Below, in pieces: positions 8,204 through 18,704 of a stretch of DNA of 64,000 bases. Origin of the DNA: an uncultured Candidatus Saccharibacteria bacterium. Lineage in GTDB: Bacteria > Patescibacteriota > UBA1384 > JACPKC01. The notes below the pieces were generated by a model, which had not been told where the DNA came from, searched no databases, and saw only the letters and a list, made by a program, of their open reading frames with translations. Position 1 is the first letter of the stretch, and every line of letters begins with the position of its first letter. The stretch lies in contig CAYRGD010000004.1 of assembly GCA_964423885.1 (NCBI GenBank), positions 8,319-72,318 of the forward strand, in the 5' to 3' direction. The translations under genes and the position numbers were made by a program.

Positions 8204-9943
8204 ATGCGATCCGTATCCCTCTTCCTGCGCAGCCGCGGCGCGGCCCTAGCCGTCGCGGCGTTCATGTTCCTTGGCGGCGCCTGTCCTGTGCCGGCCCAGG
8301 CCGCAAGCTTCGACCCGAACCGCCTCATCGACGACGCGGATTTCGTTGCCGTCAACGCGTTGTCCGTCGCCCAAGTCCAGCAGTTCTTGGTCCGCCAAGG
8401 GGGTTTTCTCGCCAACTACAGCGAGAACGGCCGGACGGCCGCCCAGATTATTGTCGACGCCGCACACGGGGCGGGCGACGCCTCGGGCTCGATCAACGGG
8501 GTCGCGGTTACGCCGTCGACCGGCACGGTCAATCCGGCGGTCATCTTGGTGACGCTCCAGAAAGAGCAGGGGCTCGTCACCATGAAAACCCAGAACGACA
8601 ACTCGCTCCGGGCTGCCATGGGCTACAGCTGCCCCGATTCGGGCGGGTGTAACCCGGCTTACGTCGGGTTCACGAAGCAGGTCGAGAACGGTGCCTGGCA
8701 GCTGCGGTACAACTACGAGGCTGCGGGCCAGACCGCGGCGTGGCGCACCCAATACTACGGCGGCGACAGCTTTCCCCGTAAGCCGATGTTTCCCGGCGAC
8801 TCCGTGACGCTCACGAACACCGGCAAGCCCGACCAGACGGTGACGGTCGCCAACCGTGCGACCTCGTCCCTCTACCGGTACACGCCGCACGTCTACAACG
8901 GTAACTTCAGTTTCTGGACCTTGTACACGAACTGGTTCAACCAGCTGACGCTCACGGTCACCGGCCTCGACGTCGACACCCACGGCGGCATCCTGGGGAC
9001 CGAGACGCACGCGACCGTGCGCTTCCGCTACCAGAGCGATTCCGCCCACGCGCTCACCGTCGCCGTCATCGCCCGCCGGAAAGACGCGAGCGGCGCATAC
9101 AGCCAGAACTTCGATTTCGGCTCGGCCGGCCCGTGGACCATGAACGACGGCGACGAGTTCACGTGGCAGGCGCGGCGTGCCCTGCCCGAAGGCGACTACC
9201 TGGTCTACGGCGCCTACCTGTTCGGCGGGGAGTGGTACCCGCTCACGGGCGTAAGCCGGACCTTTACGATCCGGCCGCCGCAGTTGACGGCCGGCTACGG
9301 GGCGACCGCCGATTTCGTCCGCTCCGGGACCGACGCTACGGTCAGGGTGACGCTCACGAACGCCGAGGCGTTCCGCGTCTACTATGCGGGCTTCGGACTG
9401 GCGGCTCGCGACGCGCAGGGCCGGAACTTCGATTTTCCCGCCGTGGCGAACGAGTACTTGGATCCCGGCCAGTCGAAAACACTCACGTTCTCGCGTTCGC
9501 TGCCGGACGGCGACTACACCCTCTTTCCGATCTACAAGATCGATACGCCGGCATGGTATGCATCGCCTGCGCAGTTCCGCCTGAGCGTCTGGCCCGACGA
9601 GCTCTACAAGCTCCGGTTCAACGACCTGCGCGTCGACCAGCCGACGGCCTACTGGGACCAGCCGACGAACGTCCGCTTCACGGTCACGAACCCGACCGAC
9701 CACATGATCGTCATGCCGAGACTCAGGATGGCCGGCCGGCGCTTCGCGGCGCAGAACGTCGATTTCGGCATGGCCTACGACGTCGAGGTGCCCGCGGGGG
9801 CGACGATCCCGATCCACTTCGAACAGGTGTTCGGCCAAAGCGGGCAGTATTCCCTGTGGCCGATCTACCGGTCGGGCAACGGGATCGACTGGGTCGGGTT
9901 GAAGCCTGCGGGTACCTCGCCTCTGCTGCTCACCGTCTATTGA
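8204..9943 (+). CDS. Secreted hypothetical protein of about 579 aa with a signal peptide
   Basis: MRSVSLFLRSRGAALAVAAFMFLGGACPVPAQA signal peptide. TACAAT 12 nt upstream. No recognisable catalytic motif. Confidence 0.55.
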   Translation: MRSVSLFLRSRGAALAVAAFMFLGGACPVPAQAASFDPNRLIDDADFVAVNALSVAQVQQFLVRQGGFLANYSENGRTAAQIIVDAAHGAGDASGSINGVAVTPSTGTVNPAVILVTLQKEQGLVTMKTQNDNSLRAAMGYSCPDSGGCNPAYVGFTKQVENGAWQLRYNYEAAGQTAAWRTQYYGGDSFPRKPMFPGDSVTLTNTGKPDQTVTVANRATSSLYRYTPHVYNGNFSFWTLYTNWFNQLTLTVTGLDVDTHGGILGTETHATVRFRYQSDSAHALTVAVIARRKDASGAYSQNFDFGSAGPWTMNDGDEFTWQARRALPEGDYLVYGAYLFGGEWYPLTGVSRTFTIRPPQLTAGYGATADFVRSGTDATVRVTLTNAEAFRVYYAGFGLAARDAQGRNFDFPAVANEYLDPGQSKTLTFSRSLPDGDYTLFPIYKIDTPAWYASPAQFRLSVWPDELYKLRFNDLRVDQPTAYWDQPTNVRFTVTNPTDHMIVMPRLRMAGRRFAAQNVDFGMAYDVEVPAGATIPIHFEQVFGQSGQYSLWPIYRSGNGIDWVGLKPAGTSPLLLTVY

Positions 9944-9944
9944 T

Positions 9945-10898
9945 ATGACCGTCTCGGTGATCCTTCCGGCTTACAACGCGGCGGCGACGATCGGGCGGGC
10001 CCTTGCGTCCGTGTTCGCGCAGACGCGGCTGCCCGACGAGCTCATCGTGGTCGACGACGGGTCGACCGACGGCACGGCTGCGGCTGTCACGGCGACGACC
10101 GGGCCGGTACCGGTCCGTTTCATAACCCAAGAGAATGCCGGCCCGGCGGCGGCGCGCAATGCCGGTGCAGCCGCGGCGACAGGCGAGTGGCTCGCGTTCC
10201 TGGACGCCGACGATGCCTGGCTGCCGGGCAAGCTGGCGGTCCAGGCCGCGCTTGCCGAGGCCGATCCGGCACTGGGCCTTGTGATCGGCAACTACGAGAT
10301 CGCCGGGACCGGCAAGCGGCTCGTGCCGGATTTCGTGCCGAGCCCGGCCGCGGCGACGCCCGGGCAACTCCTGCGCACCAATTTCTTCGCGCCGCCGGTC
10401 GTGTTCGTACGCCGGACGGCCTTTCTGGGTGCGGGTGGGTTCGATGTCCGGCTTCGTGCGGCCGAGGACCAGGAGCTCGGGTTCCGCCTTGTGAAACGCG
10501 AGCGGTTCGTGCTCGACCCGGCCGTGGTCGCGACCGTCCATCCGCAGCCGCGGTCGGCCTCGAACCGGGAGCACGAGACCATCGCCGGCCTGCTCGCGTT
10601 GTACGCGCTGCTGCTCCAGCGCGACGATCTCACGGCCGACGAGCGCGAGACGGTCCTTCGGTTGCAGCGGTTCTGGCAAGCCCGGGAACGTCTGTTCGCC
10701 GTGCGCTGGTACGCAGCGGCCGAGGGCCAGCTCGCCGGCCTCGGCGCCTTCGGCCGGTATCTCTGGCCGCGCCATCTGTCTATCCGGGCGTTCGGCCTGC
10801 TCGTACTCCTGCTCGTACCCGGCGCTATCCCGCTCTTGCGCGCCACGCGGTGGCGCTCGCTCGATTTCGGGCCGACCTCGCCGGAGCCTGCCGTATGA
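9945..10898 (+). CDS. Glycosyltransferase family 2
   Basis: ILPAYNAA...LIVVDDGSTDGT and a DxD (LDADDAW) GT-A signature. Confidence 0.8.
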   Translation: MTVSVILPAYNAAATIGRALASVFAQTRLPDELIVVDDGSTDGTAAAVTATTGPVPVRFITQENAGPAAARNAGAAAATGEWLAFLDADDAWLPGKLAVQAALAEADPALGLVIGNYEIAGTGKRLVPDFVPSPAAATPGQLLRTNFFAPPVVFVRRTAFLGAGGFDVRLRAAEDQELGFRLVKRERFVLDPAVVATVHPQPRSASNREHETIAGLLALYALLLQRDDLTADERETVLRLQRFWQARERLFAVRWYAAAEGQLAGLGAFGRYLWPRHLSIRAFGLLVLLLVPGAIPLLRATRWRSLDFGPTSPEPAV

Positions 10899-12319
10899 GC
10901 CTGGCGCGCCGGATCGCCGGCAACACCGCAGTCCAGGTTGTCGGCCGCTTTGCCGTGTCGGCGGCCGCCGTCCTGACGCTCTCGCTCGTGCTGTCCGGGT
11001 TCGGCGCCAGCCTCCAGGGTAAGTACCTGCTCGCCTTGTCGTACGCGCAGTTCGTGGCGACGATCGCCGACTTCGGCCTCAACTCGTACTTGGTACGCGC
11101 CTTCTCGCTCCCAGGCAACGACCGGCAGGTCGGCCAGGTGCTGCCGTTCCGTCTTGCCTTGAGCGTCCTCTTCTTCGGCCTGGGCGCACTGGTCGTGCTA
11201 TGGCTGCCGTACGACGCCGAAGCGCGCCAGGCGGTCTGGATCGCGCTCGTCGCGACCTTCGTCCTGTCGGTGAACGCCGTGTTCGTCGCCTTCTTCCAGG
11301 CCAATCTTCGAATGGGAACCGCGGTCATGGGGGACTTCGCGAACCGGCTCGTCACGCTCGGCGGCACGTACCTGGCGCTCCACCTCGGCCTGCCCTTCCT
11401 CGCGACCCTCGGCGCCGTCTTCGCGGGCGGTGTCGTGAACCTGGCCTGGCTCATGGCAGCTGCCCGGGGCCGGCTCGCTGCCAAGGGGAGTCCCGACCTT
11501 GCCGTCTGGCGGACGCTCGCGCGCAACGCGTTCCCGATCTGGGTGACGACGATCCTGAGCCTGGTGTACTTCCGCATCGACAGCCTGCTGCTGTCCGTAC
11601 TGCCGCTCCCGGCCGGCCGGACCAACCTGACGGAGCTGTCGAACTACGGGACGGCGTACAAGTTCCTTGAGATCCTCATCGCCTTGCCGGGCATGCTGCT
11701 CGGCACGCTCATGCCGCTCCTGGTGCGGGCCGAAGCCGACAGGACGCGCTTCTCGCAGCTCATCCGCCACGCGACCTACCTGGTGTCGCTCTTCGCGGCG
11801 CCGGTGACCGTCGGGACGTTCCTGGTGGCCGACGAGCTCATCGCGACCTTCTTCCCTGCGCTCGGGCCGGCAGCCCAGGCGTTGCGTATCCTTATCTGGG
11901 CGTTCGCCGCCTCGGCCTTGGCCGCGCCGTTCATCTACGCGATCGTGAGCGCAGGCGAGCAGCGCCGGCTCATCGCCCCGAACCTTGTCATCAGTATCGC
12001 CAACGTCACGCTCAACCTGCTGCTCATTCCGCGGACCGGGTTCGTCGGTGCGGCGTGGACGACCGTCGCGTCCGAGGTGGCAGTCTTCGTGGCCGGCTGG
12101 TATGTCGCCGAGGCGCGGTTGGGGCTCGTCCGGCAGCCGTTCGATCGCCGGGTGGTCGGGCCGTGGCTGGCTGCCGCCGTGATGGGCCTGTGTGTTGCGA
12201 TCGCACCGGCGCAGCTGGCTGTCCGTGTCGGAACTGGTATCGTGGCCTACGGTATCGCCCTCGCGCTCGTCGGCGGCATCGACCGCCCGCTCTTCCGTAA
12301 GCTCCTGCCTCGCGCATGA
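10895..12319 (+). CDS. Polysaccharide flippase (Wzx/MOP superfamily)
   Basis: 474 aa with about 12-14 TM segments and the typical Wzx N-terminus (..NTAVQVVGRFAVSAAAVLTLSLV..). ATGA overlap with the upstream GT2 gene. Confidence 0.65.
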   Translation: MSLARRIAGNTAVQVVGRFAVSAAAVLTLSLVLSGFGASLQGKYLLALSYAQFVATIADFGLNSYLVRAFSLPGNDRQVGQVLPFRLALSVLFFGLGALVVLWLPYDAEARQAVWIALVATFVLSVNAVFVAFFQANLRMGTAVMGDFANRLVTLGGTYLALHLGLPFLATLGAVFAGGVVNLAWLMAAARGRLAAKGSPDLAVWRTLARNAFPIWVTTILSLVYFRIDSLLLSVLPLPAGRTNLTELSNYGTAYKFLEILIALPGMLLGTLMPLLVRAEADRTRFSQLIRHATYLVSLFAAPVTVGTFLVADELIATFFPALGPAAQALRILIWAFAASALAAPFIYAIVSAGEQRRLIAPNLVISIANVTLNLLLIPRTGFVGAAWTTVASEVAVFVAGWYVAEARLGLVRQPFDRRVVGPWLAAAVMGLCVAIAPAQLAVRVGTGIVAYGIALALVGGIDRPLFRKLLPRA

Positions 12320-13173
12320 CCCACCCCACCCTGTCGCTCGTCATCTGTACGCTCAACCGCCCGGCGATCCTGCGCCAGGCGCTTGAGGATATTTGGCAAC
12401 TCCCCACGCAGCCCGATGAACTGCTCATCGTGGATCAGACGCCGGAGCTTGATGCTGCGATGCGTGCGTTCTACGACGCCAATGCCGGCCGGCTCCGTCT
12501 GGTGCGGATGGCGCCGCAGGGGCTAGGCCAGGCGCGTAACCGGGCACTGAAGGAGGCGACGGGTGAACGTATCCTGTTCCTTGACGACGACATCCGCGTG
12601 ACGGACGACTTGGTCGCGCTCCATCGACGCCACTTCGCCGATCCGTCGGTCGGCGGCGTGGTCGGCCGGATCGACGACGCCCACGGCGACGCGCCGAGCG
12701 GCGGCGGCCGCGTCAATTGGTTCGGCCGTGTGACGGTCAACCGCGACCTCGCCTCGGTCCACGAGGTCGAGTCGTTGTCCGGGGGGAACATGTCGCTCCG
12801 GACGAAGGCGATCCGCACAGCCGGCGGGTTCTGGGAGCCCGAGGGAAACCGGGTCCAGATGCGCGAGGAAACCGACGCGAGCCTCCGGCTCCGCCGCGCC
12901 GGCTACCGGATCCTGGTCGATCCCGAAGCCAGGATCCTGCACCTGGCGGTCCGCGGCGGCGGCACCCGGACGGACGCCGACCGGCTGCGCTGGTACGAGG
13001 GGTACTTCGCGTCGGAGTTCCAGTACTTTTTCCGTAACTTCCCGGCGTGGAAACTGCCGTTCTTCCTCTGTTCACTCGCGCGGCCGATCCTGGCTTGCGC
13101 GGTCTGGTACGGCAAGCTGCGTCCGGCTGCGGTCGCGGCTCCGTGGCGGGCGCTCGCACGAGCTGCGCGATGA
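12316..13173 (+). CDS. Glycosyltransferase family 2
   Basis: LSLVICTLNRP... and ILFLDDDIRV (DxD). Overlapping start/stop with its neighbours. Confidence 0.75.
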   Translation: MTHPTLSLVICTLNRPAILRQALEDIWQLPTQPDELLIVDQTPELDAAMRAFYDANAGRLRLVRMAPQGLGQARNRALKEATGERILFLDDDIRVTDDLVALHRRHFADPSVGGVVGRIDDAHGDAPSGGGRVNWFGRVTVNRDLASVHEVESLSGGNMSLRTKAIRTAGGFWEPEGNRVQMREETDASLRLRRAGYRILVDPEARILHLAVRGGGTRTDADRLRWYEGYFASEFQYFFRNFPAWKLPFFLCSLARPILACAVWYGKLRPAAVAAPWRALARAAR

Positions 13174-13904
13174 CTGTCCGCGGCCTGACCGTCGGGATTA
13201 TCGCCCGGGACGAGGAGACGGATCTGCCCGGCCTGCTCGCCCAGCTCGGCTTCGCCGAGGCGGTAGTCGTGGTCGTGAGCGCCGAGAGCCGGGACCGGAC
13301 CGCCACGCTTGCCCGCGCTGCCGGCGCCGCCGTCCACGCGTTGCCGTTCACCGATTTTTCGGCGGCTCGGAACGCGGTGCTGGACGCCGCGCCGACCGAA
13401 TGGGTGCTGTTCCTTGACGCGGACGAGCGGCTGACGCCCGCGCTCACGGCAGCGGTTGCGCAGTTCGTAGCAGCTCCCGGCGCGGCGGCCGGGGCGCTCG
13501 TCCATCGGCAAGATGTGTTCCTCGGCCGGCGGCTGCGCCACGGCGATGCCGACGGCTGGTTCCTGCGCCTTGGGAAACGGACGGCAGGCCGATGGGTCCG
13601 GCCGGTCCATGAGACGTGGGAGCTGCCGGGCGAGACGGTCCGACTCGACGGTATCCTTGAACACCACTCGCACAAGAGCGTCGGCGAGTACCTGCGGAAA
13701 ATGGAGGCGTACACCGATCTCGAGGCCGCAACCGGCGAGCAGGCGCATTGGTGGCAGCTCGTCGCGTACCCGGCGGCCAAGTTCGTCCGCGTCTACCTGA
13801 TCCAAGGCGGGATCCTGGACGGCTGGCAGGGGCTCGTGTTCGCGGCGCTCAACGCCCGGTACTCGTTCGCGAAACGTTGGAAGCTTCTGCGGCGCCGTCC
13901 ATGA
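13170..13904 (+). CDS. Glycosyltransferase family 2 (LPS-core GT-like)
   Basis: VGIIARDEETDLPGLL... and VLFLDADERL (DxD). Confidence 0.7.
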   Translation: MTVRGLTVGIIARDEETDLPGLLAQLGFAEAVVVVVSAESRDRTATLARAAGAAVHALPFTDFSAARNAVLDAAPTEWVLFLDADERLTPALTAAVAQFVAAPGAAAGALVHRQDVFLGRRLRHGDADGWFLRLGKRTAGRWVRPVHETWELPGETVRLDGILEHHSHKSVGEYLRKMEAYTDLEAATGEQAHWWQLVAYPAAKFVRVYLIQGGILDGWQGLVFAALNARYSFAKRWKLLRRRP

Positions 13905-15418
13905 CCCAGCCGCGCCGGTTCCTGTTCCTTGCCAGCCTCGCCCTGCTTGCGGCCGGGGCGCTCTGGTCCTACTGGCCCCAACTTACCCACCGGTTCCTGG
14001 TGCCGGTCGGCGGGGACAGCGCCGCGCACGTGAGTATCGCCGAATCGATCCGGGCCGGTACCCGCACCGTGACCGAGTACGGCTACCCGCCGCTGTCACA
14101 TGCCGTCTTCGCGCTCGCGGCCCGCGCGGCCGGCGTGCCGACCGTGACCGCGTTCGCCTGGCTCACGCCCGCGTTGCTTGTATCGGTGGCGCTCGTGTGC
14201 GCCGGCGTCACGTGGCGCTGGCTCAAGTCCTGGCCCGCCGCGCTCATGGCTTTCGCGCTCATGGCCTTCGCGGCGCTCCAGCCGTTCCAGACCTGGCAAG
14301 ACGGGGGATTCCCCGACATCGTCGCCGCCTCGCTCTTCCTGCCGGCCGGGCTCTGGTTTCTGGCCGAGGCCGTCGCCGCCGAGGGCCGGGCGTGCCGGCG
14401 GCCCCTTGCCGGGTACGGGGCAGTGCTCCTACTTATCGTCGCTACCCATCACCTGACGACGCTCACGTTTGTCGGGATCAGTCTCGTATACGTCGCTGTT
14501 GCTGCAGCCGCGGCACGCCTGCACCGTCGACCGGTGCCGTTGGCCGCCCGTGTCGTCGGAGGCGGCCTTATCCTTGCCGGCCTGGCGGTCCTGTTCCTCT
14601 TCCCTGGCCAGCCCGCTCTGCAGCTGACGAAGGCCGCGCTTGTCTTCGACCGGACGTTCCCGTTCGTCCACTCGCTCATGGGGCTCGACGGCCCCGATGC
14701 GCTCCTGCCGCTCACCGCCTTGCCCGACGCGGTCGGCTTGCTTGTCTGCTGGGGCGGCGTCTTCGGGCTGGGGCTCCTGGCGTCCGACCTGCGGCAGGCC
14801 CGGGCGACCAAGCTGCTGTTTTGGGTGTGGGTGCTGACGCTGGTCGCCCTGTCGCAAGTGCCGCAACTGCGGTTTCCGGTCCGGTTCGCGCGCGAGCTCG
14901 GCGTGCCGCTCACGATCCTTGCCGCCTATGCCGGTGTCCGGCTCTGGGCCCTTGTCCGATCGCGCGAGGTGCGGCTGGCCGCACTTCTTGTGCTCACACT
15001 CCTGGCTGTCCAGGCGGTGGACGTCAAGGCGGGGAAGTTGGCCGCGCTGCCGCGCTTCGTCGAGTTCACGGCGGCGGACCGGCAGGCGGCCGACTATCTT
15101 GCCACGAAGGTGCAGCCAGGCGATTGCGTAGCGGTCGTGCCCGAGAACCGGTACTACCCGTACTTTCTGCCGGACGGGATCCGGGTGCTCGTCTACCCGC
15201 TTGACGGGACGCTGCGCCAGCGGGCCGACGCGTTGCCGGATCCGGCTGCCGCTGCGTGGTTCGCCACCTGCCCCTTCGCAGTCGCCGGGCACCGCCCAGG
15301 CGAGGCCGACTGGCCCGGCCGGTTCCAAGTGGCGGGGTTCCGCCCTGCAGCCTCGTTCGGCGACGCGGACCGGGGCGTGACGGTATTTTCGACCCAAGGT
15401 CTGCCTGGCGCCGACTAG
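13901..15418 (+). CDS. Polytopic membrane protein, possibly a GT-C-fold (ArnT/PMT-like) glycosyltransferase
   Basis: About 11 TM segments over roughly 400 aa, a GGDS acidic motif in the first extracytoplasmic loop and a soluble C-terminal domain. Confidence 0.4.
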   Translation: MTQPRRFLFLASLALLAAGALWSYWPQLTHRFLVPVGGDSAAHVSIAESIRAGTRTVTEYGYPPLSHAVFALAARAAGVPTVTAFAWLTPALLVSVALVCAGVTWRWLKSWPAALMAFALMAFAALQPFQTWQDGGFPDIVAASLFLPAGLWFLAEAVAAEGRACRRPLAGYGAVLLLIVATHHLTTLTFVGISLVYVAVAAAAARLHRRPVPLAARVVGGGLILAGLAVLFLFPGQPALQLTKAALVFDRTFPFVHSLMGLDGPDALLPLTALPDAVGLLVCWGGVFGLGLLASDLRQARATKLLFWVWVLTLVALSQVPQLRFPVRFARELGVPLTILAAYAGVRLWALVRSREVRLAALLVLTLLAVQAVDVKAGKLAALPRFVEFTAADRQAADYLATKVQPGDCVAVVPENRYYPYFLPDGIRVLVYPLDGTLRQRADALPDPAAAAWFATCPFAVAGHRPGEADWPGRFQVAGFRPAASFGDADRGVTVFSTQGLPGAD

Positions 15419-15451
15419 ACGCCACCCGGTCCGGCGGCCATACTGGCAACT

Positions 15452-16573
15452 ATGCGCCTTGTCCTTGATGCCCGCTTCTGGCGCCGCGAGACCGGCGGCA
15501 TCGGCCGGTACAGCCGCGAGCTCGTCGCGGAGCTGCTGCGCCTCGGGACCGACGACGAGTTCCACCTGGTCCTGACGCCGGCCGACGCGGCCGAATATGC
15601 GCTCGACGACCCGCGGGCGCATGCCCACGTCGTGCCGATCCCGTACTACTCGGCGGCCGAGCAGCTCCGGTTGCCCGGCGTCCTTGCTGGGTTGCGGCCC
15701 GACCTGGTCCACTTTTTGAATTTCAACCAGCCGCTCCGCTACGGCGGCCGGCGCGTGACGACGATCCATGACCTGACGGTCAAGTACTTTCCGGTCGGAC
15801 GGTCGCAGCGGAATCCGGTCCGCCGCCTGGCGCTCACCGCCACGATGCGGCGTGCCGCCCATTCCGACGGCGTGATCGCGATCTCGCGCGCCACCAAGGC
15901 CGACCTCATTCGCGACTTCAGGATCGAGCCGACCCGCGTGGCGGTCATCGGCGAGGCGGCCGACGCCCGGTTCCGCCCGCATGACACGGCCGAGCTCGCC
16001 CGGTTCCGGCGCCGCGTGGGGCTCGACGGGCCGTACATCCTGTTCGTCAACCAGTGGCGGCCGCACAAGGGCCTGCCCGATCTCGTGGCTGCCTTCGGCA
16101 CCCTCAAGCGCAGACGACATCTGCCGCACAAGCTCGTGATCACAGGCAAGCCCAATCCGCAGTTTCCCGACCTCATTGCCGCGATCGAGCGGTCGCCGCA
16201 CCGGGCTGACATCGTCCTGCCCGGGTTCGTGTCCGACGACGACCTGCCCGGCTACTACGCCGCTGCCGACGCGCTGGCGTTCCCGAGCGCCTACGAGGGC
16301 TTCGGCCTTGGTGTGCTCGAGGCGATGCAGTCGGGCACGCCCGTGGTCGTGAGCGAGGTGTCGTCGCTGCCCGAGGTTGCCGGTGACGCCGCGTTGTTCG
16401 TGCAGCCGGGCCGTCCGGACGAGTTGGCAGCGCAGCTCGGGCGGGTCATCGGCGACCCGGCGCTCGCCGCCGAGCTCGGCCGCCGGGGGATCGCCCGGGC
16501 AAGCCGGTTCAGCTGGGCGGAAACGGCCCGGCAAACATACGCGCTGTACCGGTCGGTGGCCGGACAAGACTGA
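15452..16573 (+). CDS. Glycosyltransferase family 4
   Basis: MRLVLDARF..GGIGRY N-terminus and a C-terminal GT4 E-x7-E-like region (FPSAYEGFGLGVLEAMQSGTPVV). Confidence 0.8.
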   Translation: MRLVLDARFWRRETGGIGRYSRELVAELLRLGTDDEFHLVLTPADAAEYALDDPRAHAHVVPIPYYSAAEQLRLPGVLAGLRPDLVHFLNFNQPLRYGGRRVTTIHDLTVKYFPVGRSQRNPVRRLALTATMRRAAHSDGVIAISRATKADLIRDFRIEPTRVAVIGEAADARFRPHDTAELARFRRRVGLDGPYILFVNQWRPHKGLPDLVAAFGTLKRRRHLPHKLVITGKPNPQFPDLIAAIERSPHRADIVLPGFVSDDDLPGYYAAADALAFPSAYEGFGLGVLEAMQSGTPVVVSEVSSLPEVAGDAALFVQPGRPDELAAQLGRVIGDPALAAELGRRGIARASRFSWAETARQTYALYRSVAGQD

Positions 16574-16677
16574 CACGTTATCCCCACGCCGTCCGGTCGC
16601 GGCCCGTGGCAGGAGCGGGTATACTCGATCGACAGTAGTCCGTGAGTCGACCGACGGGGCAGGTCTATTGGAGGTGT

Positions 16678-17055
16678 ATGGCCAACGAGACACGTATCCT
16701 TGTCGCCGAAGACGAGCCCGCGATCGCCAAGGCGCTCGAGCTGAAACTCACCCATGCCGGGTACCAGGTCGACTGGGCCGCCGACGGCGACGAAGCGCTC
16801 GCCAAACTCGACGACGGAAAATACTCCCTGCTCCTGCTCGACCTCATCATGCCGAAGAAAGACGGGTTCGGGGTACTCGAGGCGCTGCAGTCGGGCAAGC
16901 GCAAGGTGCCGGTGATCGTGCTTACGAACCTGGGCCAGGAAGAAGACCTGGAGCGGGCCAAGAAGCTGGGCGCGACCGACTACTTCGTGAAGGCGGACAC
17001 CCCGATCGCCGAGGTGGTCAGCCACGTGGAGGATAAACTCAAACATGCGGATTGA
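16678..17055 (+). CDS. Stand-alone REC-domain response regulator (CheY/PilH-like) directly upstream of pilB
   Basis: ILVAEDEP...LLLLDLIMPKKDG...VIVLTN..K receiver motifs, GGAGG SD and an 11-nt overlap with pilB. Confidence 0.8.
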   Translation: MANETRILVAEDEPAIAKALELKLTHAGYQVDWAADGDEALAKLDDGKYSLLLLDLIMPKKDGFGVLEALQSGKRKVPVIVLTNLGQEEDLERAKKLGATDYFVKADTPIAEVVSHVEDKLKHAD

Positions 17056-18694
17056 CGACGCGAAACTCCAGACGATCCTCTCGAAAGAGCACTATGTCGG
17101 CGAGGCCGACCTCGCCAAGGCGGTCGCCTTTACGCGCGAGCACAAGACGCCGCTCGCCGATTACCTGCTGACCGCCGGGCTCATTACCGACGAGCTCTTG
17201 GGCCAGGCGATCGCCGAGTCGTTCACCGTGCCGTACGCCGACCTGGCTGCCCATCCGCCGCTCCGCGACCAAGTGCTCAAGATCCCGTTCGCCGTCGCGA
17301 CCGCCCACCGGCTGATTCTGTTCGAAGACGAACCGAAGCAGGTCGTCGTCGCCACCGACGCGCCCGACAGCACGGATGCCAAGCAGGCCCTGGCCGAGGT
17401 CTTTCCTGGCCGTAAGGTCGCGTTCGCCTACGCCCTGCCCTCGGCGATCGACGAGCAGCTCGGTTTCTTCCGTAAGCCGCTCGAGACGCGGACCAGCAAG
17501 ATCATCGAGGACGGCGGCCACGTCGCCCCGGAAATCATCGACGCGATCATCGACGACGCGATCAGCCTGCGGGCAAGCGACATCCACTTCGAGCCGGAGG
17601 CTGACGAGGTGATCGTCCGGTTCCGGATCGACAGCGTGCTCCAGGAAGGCGTTCGGATCGCGCGCGAGCACTACGAGACGATCGTCAACCGCATCAAGGT
17701 CCAGGCCCGGATGCGGATCGACGAACACCACGAGGCGCAGGACGGCGCGATCCGCTACGAACAGCACGAACGGACGGTCGACCTGCGTGTCTCGGTGGTA
17801 CCGACGCTCGACGGCGAGAAGGTCGTGATGCGCGTGCTCGCCGAGTACGTCCGCAGCTTCACGCTCGCGAACCTCGGCCTGTCGGCCCGCCACCAGGCCG
17901 AGCTTACGGCCGCGGCCAAGAAGCCGTTCGGCATGGTGCTCGTCACCGGCCCGACCGGTGCCGGCAAGACGACGACGCTCTACGCGCTGCTCAAATTATT
18001 GAACCGCCCCGAGGTCAACATCACCACGATCGAGGACCCGGTCGAGTACAAGGTGCCGGGTATGAACCAGATCCAGGTCGATCCGCTCACCAACCTGACC
18101 TTCGCGAGCGGGTTGAAATCGATCCTCCGGCAGGATCCGGACATCATCCTGGTGGGCGAGGTCCGCGACGAAGAGACGAGCGAGATCGCGATCAATGCGG
18201 CACTGACCGGCCACCTGCTCTTCACGACGTTCCACGCCAACGACGCCGCGACCGCGATCCCGCGCCTGCTCGACATGCACGTCGAGCCGTACCTGCTGTC
18301 GTCGACGCTCACGGTCATCATCGCCCAGCGGCTGGTGCGGCGGATCTGCACGAACTGCCGCTACAGCCAGACCTTGAAGCTCGCACAGGTCGAAAAGGTG
18401 CTGCCGGGTGCCAAGCGGTTCTTCGACGGCACCATGGTGACGCTCTACAAGGGCAAGGGCTGCGAGGTCTGCCATGGCACCGGGTACCGTGGCCGGATCG
18501 GGATCTTCGAGTTCCTGCCAGTGACGCCACAGCTCCAAGAGCTCATCCTCACCAATCCGTCGGGCGCCGAGATCGCCCGGCTGGCCGTCAAGCAAGGAAA
18601 CCCGACGATGTTCGACGACGGCATCGAGAAGGTGCTCGCCGGTATCACGACGCTCGACGAACTGATGCGCGTCACCGCGCCGCCGGCGGCATAA
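17045..18694 (+). CDS. pilB: Type IV pilus assembly ATPase PilB (GspE family)
   Basis: N-terminal GSPII_E_N domain, Walker A GPTGAGKTTT, Asp/His boxes and a tetracysteine C-x2-C...C-x2-C. Confidence 0.9.
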   Translation: MRIDDAKLQTILSKEHYVGEADLAKAVAFTREHKTPLADYLLTAGLITDELLGQAIAESFTVPYADLAAHPPLRDQVLKIPFAVATAHRLILFEDEPKQVVVATDAPDSTDAKQALAEVFPGRKVAFAYALPSAIDEQLGFFRKPLETRTSKIIEDGGHVAPEIIDAIIDDAISLRASDIHFEPEADEVIVRFRIDSVLQEGVRIAREHYETIVNRIKVQARMRIDEHHEAQDGAIRYEQHERTVDLRVSVVPTLDGEKVVMRVLAEYVRSFTLANLGLSARHQAELTAAAKKPFGMVLVTGPTGAGKTTTLYALLKLLNRPEVNITTIEDPVEYKVPGMNQIQVDPLTNLTFASGLKSILRQDPDIILVGEVRDEETSEIAINAALTGHLLFTTFHANDAATAIPRLLDMHVEPYLLSSTLTVIIAQRLVRRICTNCRYSQTLKLAQVEKVLPGAKRFFDGTMVTLYKGKGCEVCHGTGYRGRIGIFEFLPVTPQLQELILTNPSGAEIARLAVKQGNPTMFDDGIEKVLAGITTLDELMRVTAPPAA

Positions 18695-18704
18695 GAAGAG
18701 CGCC

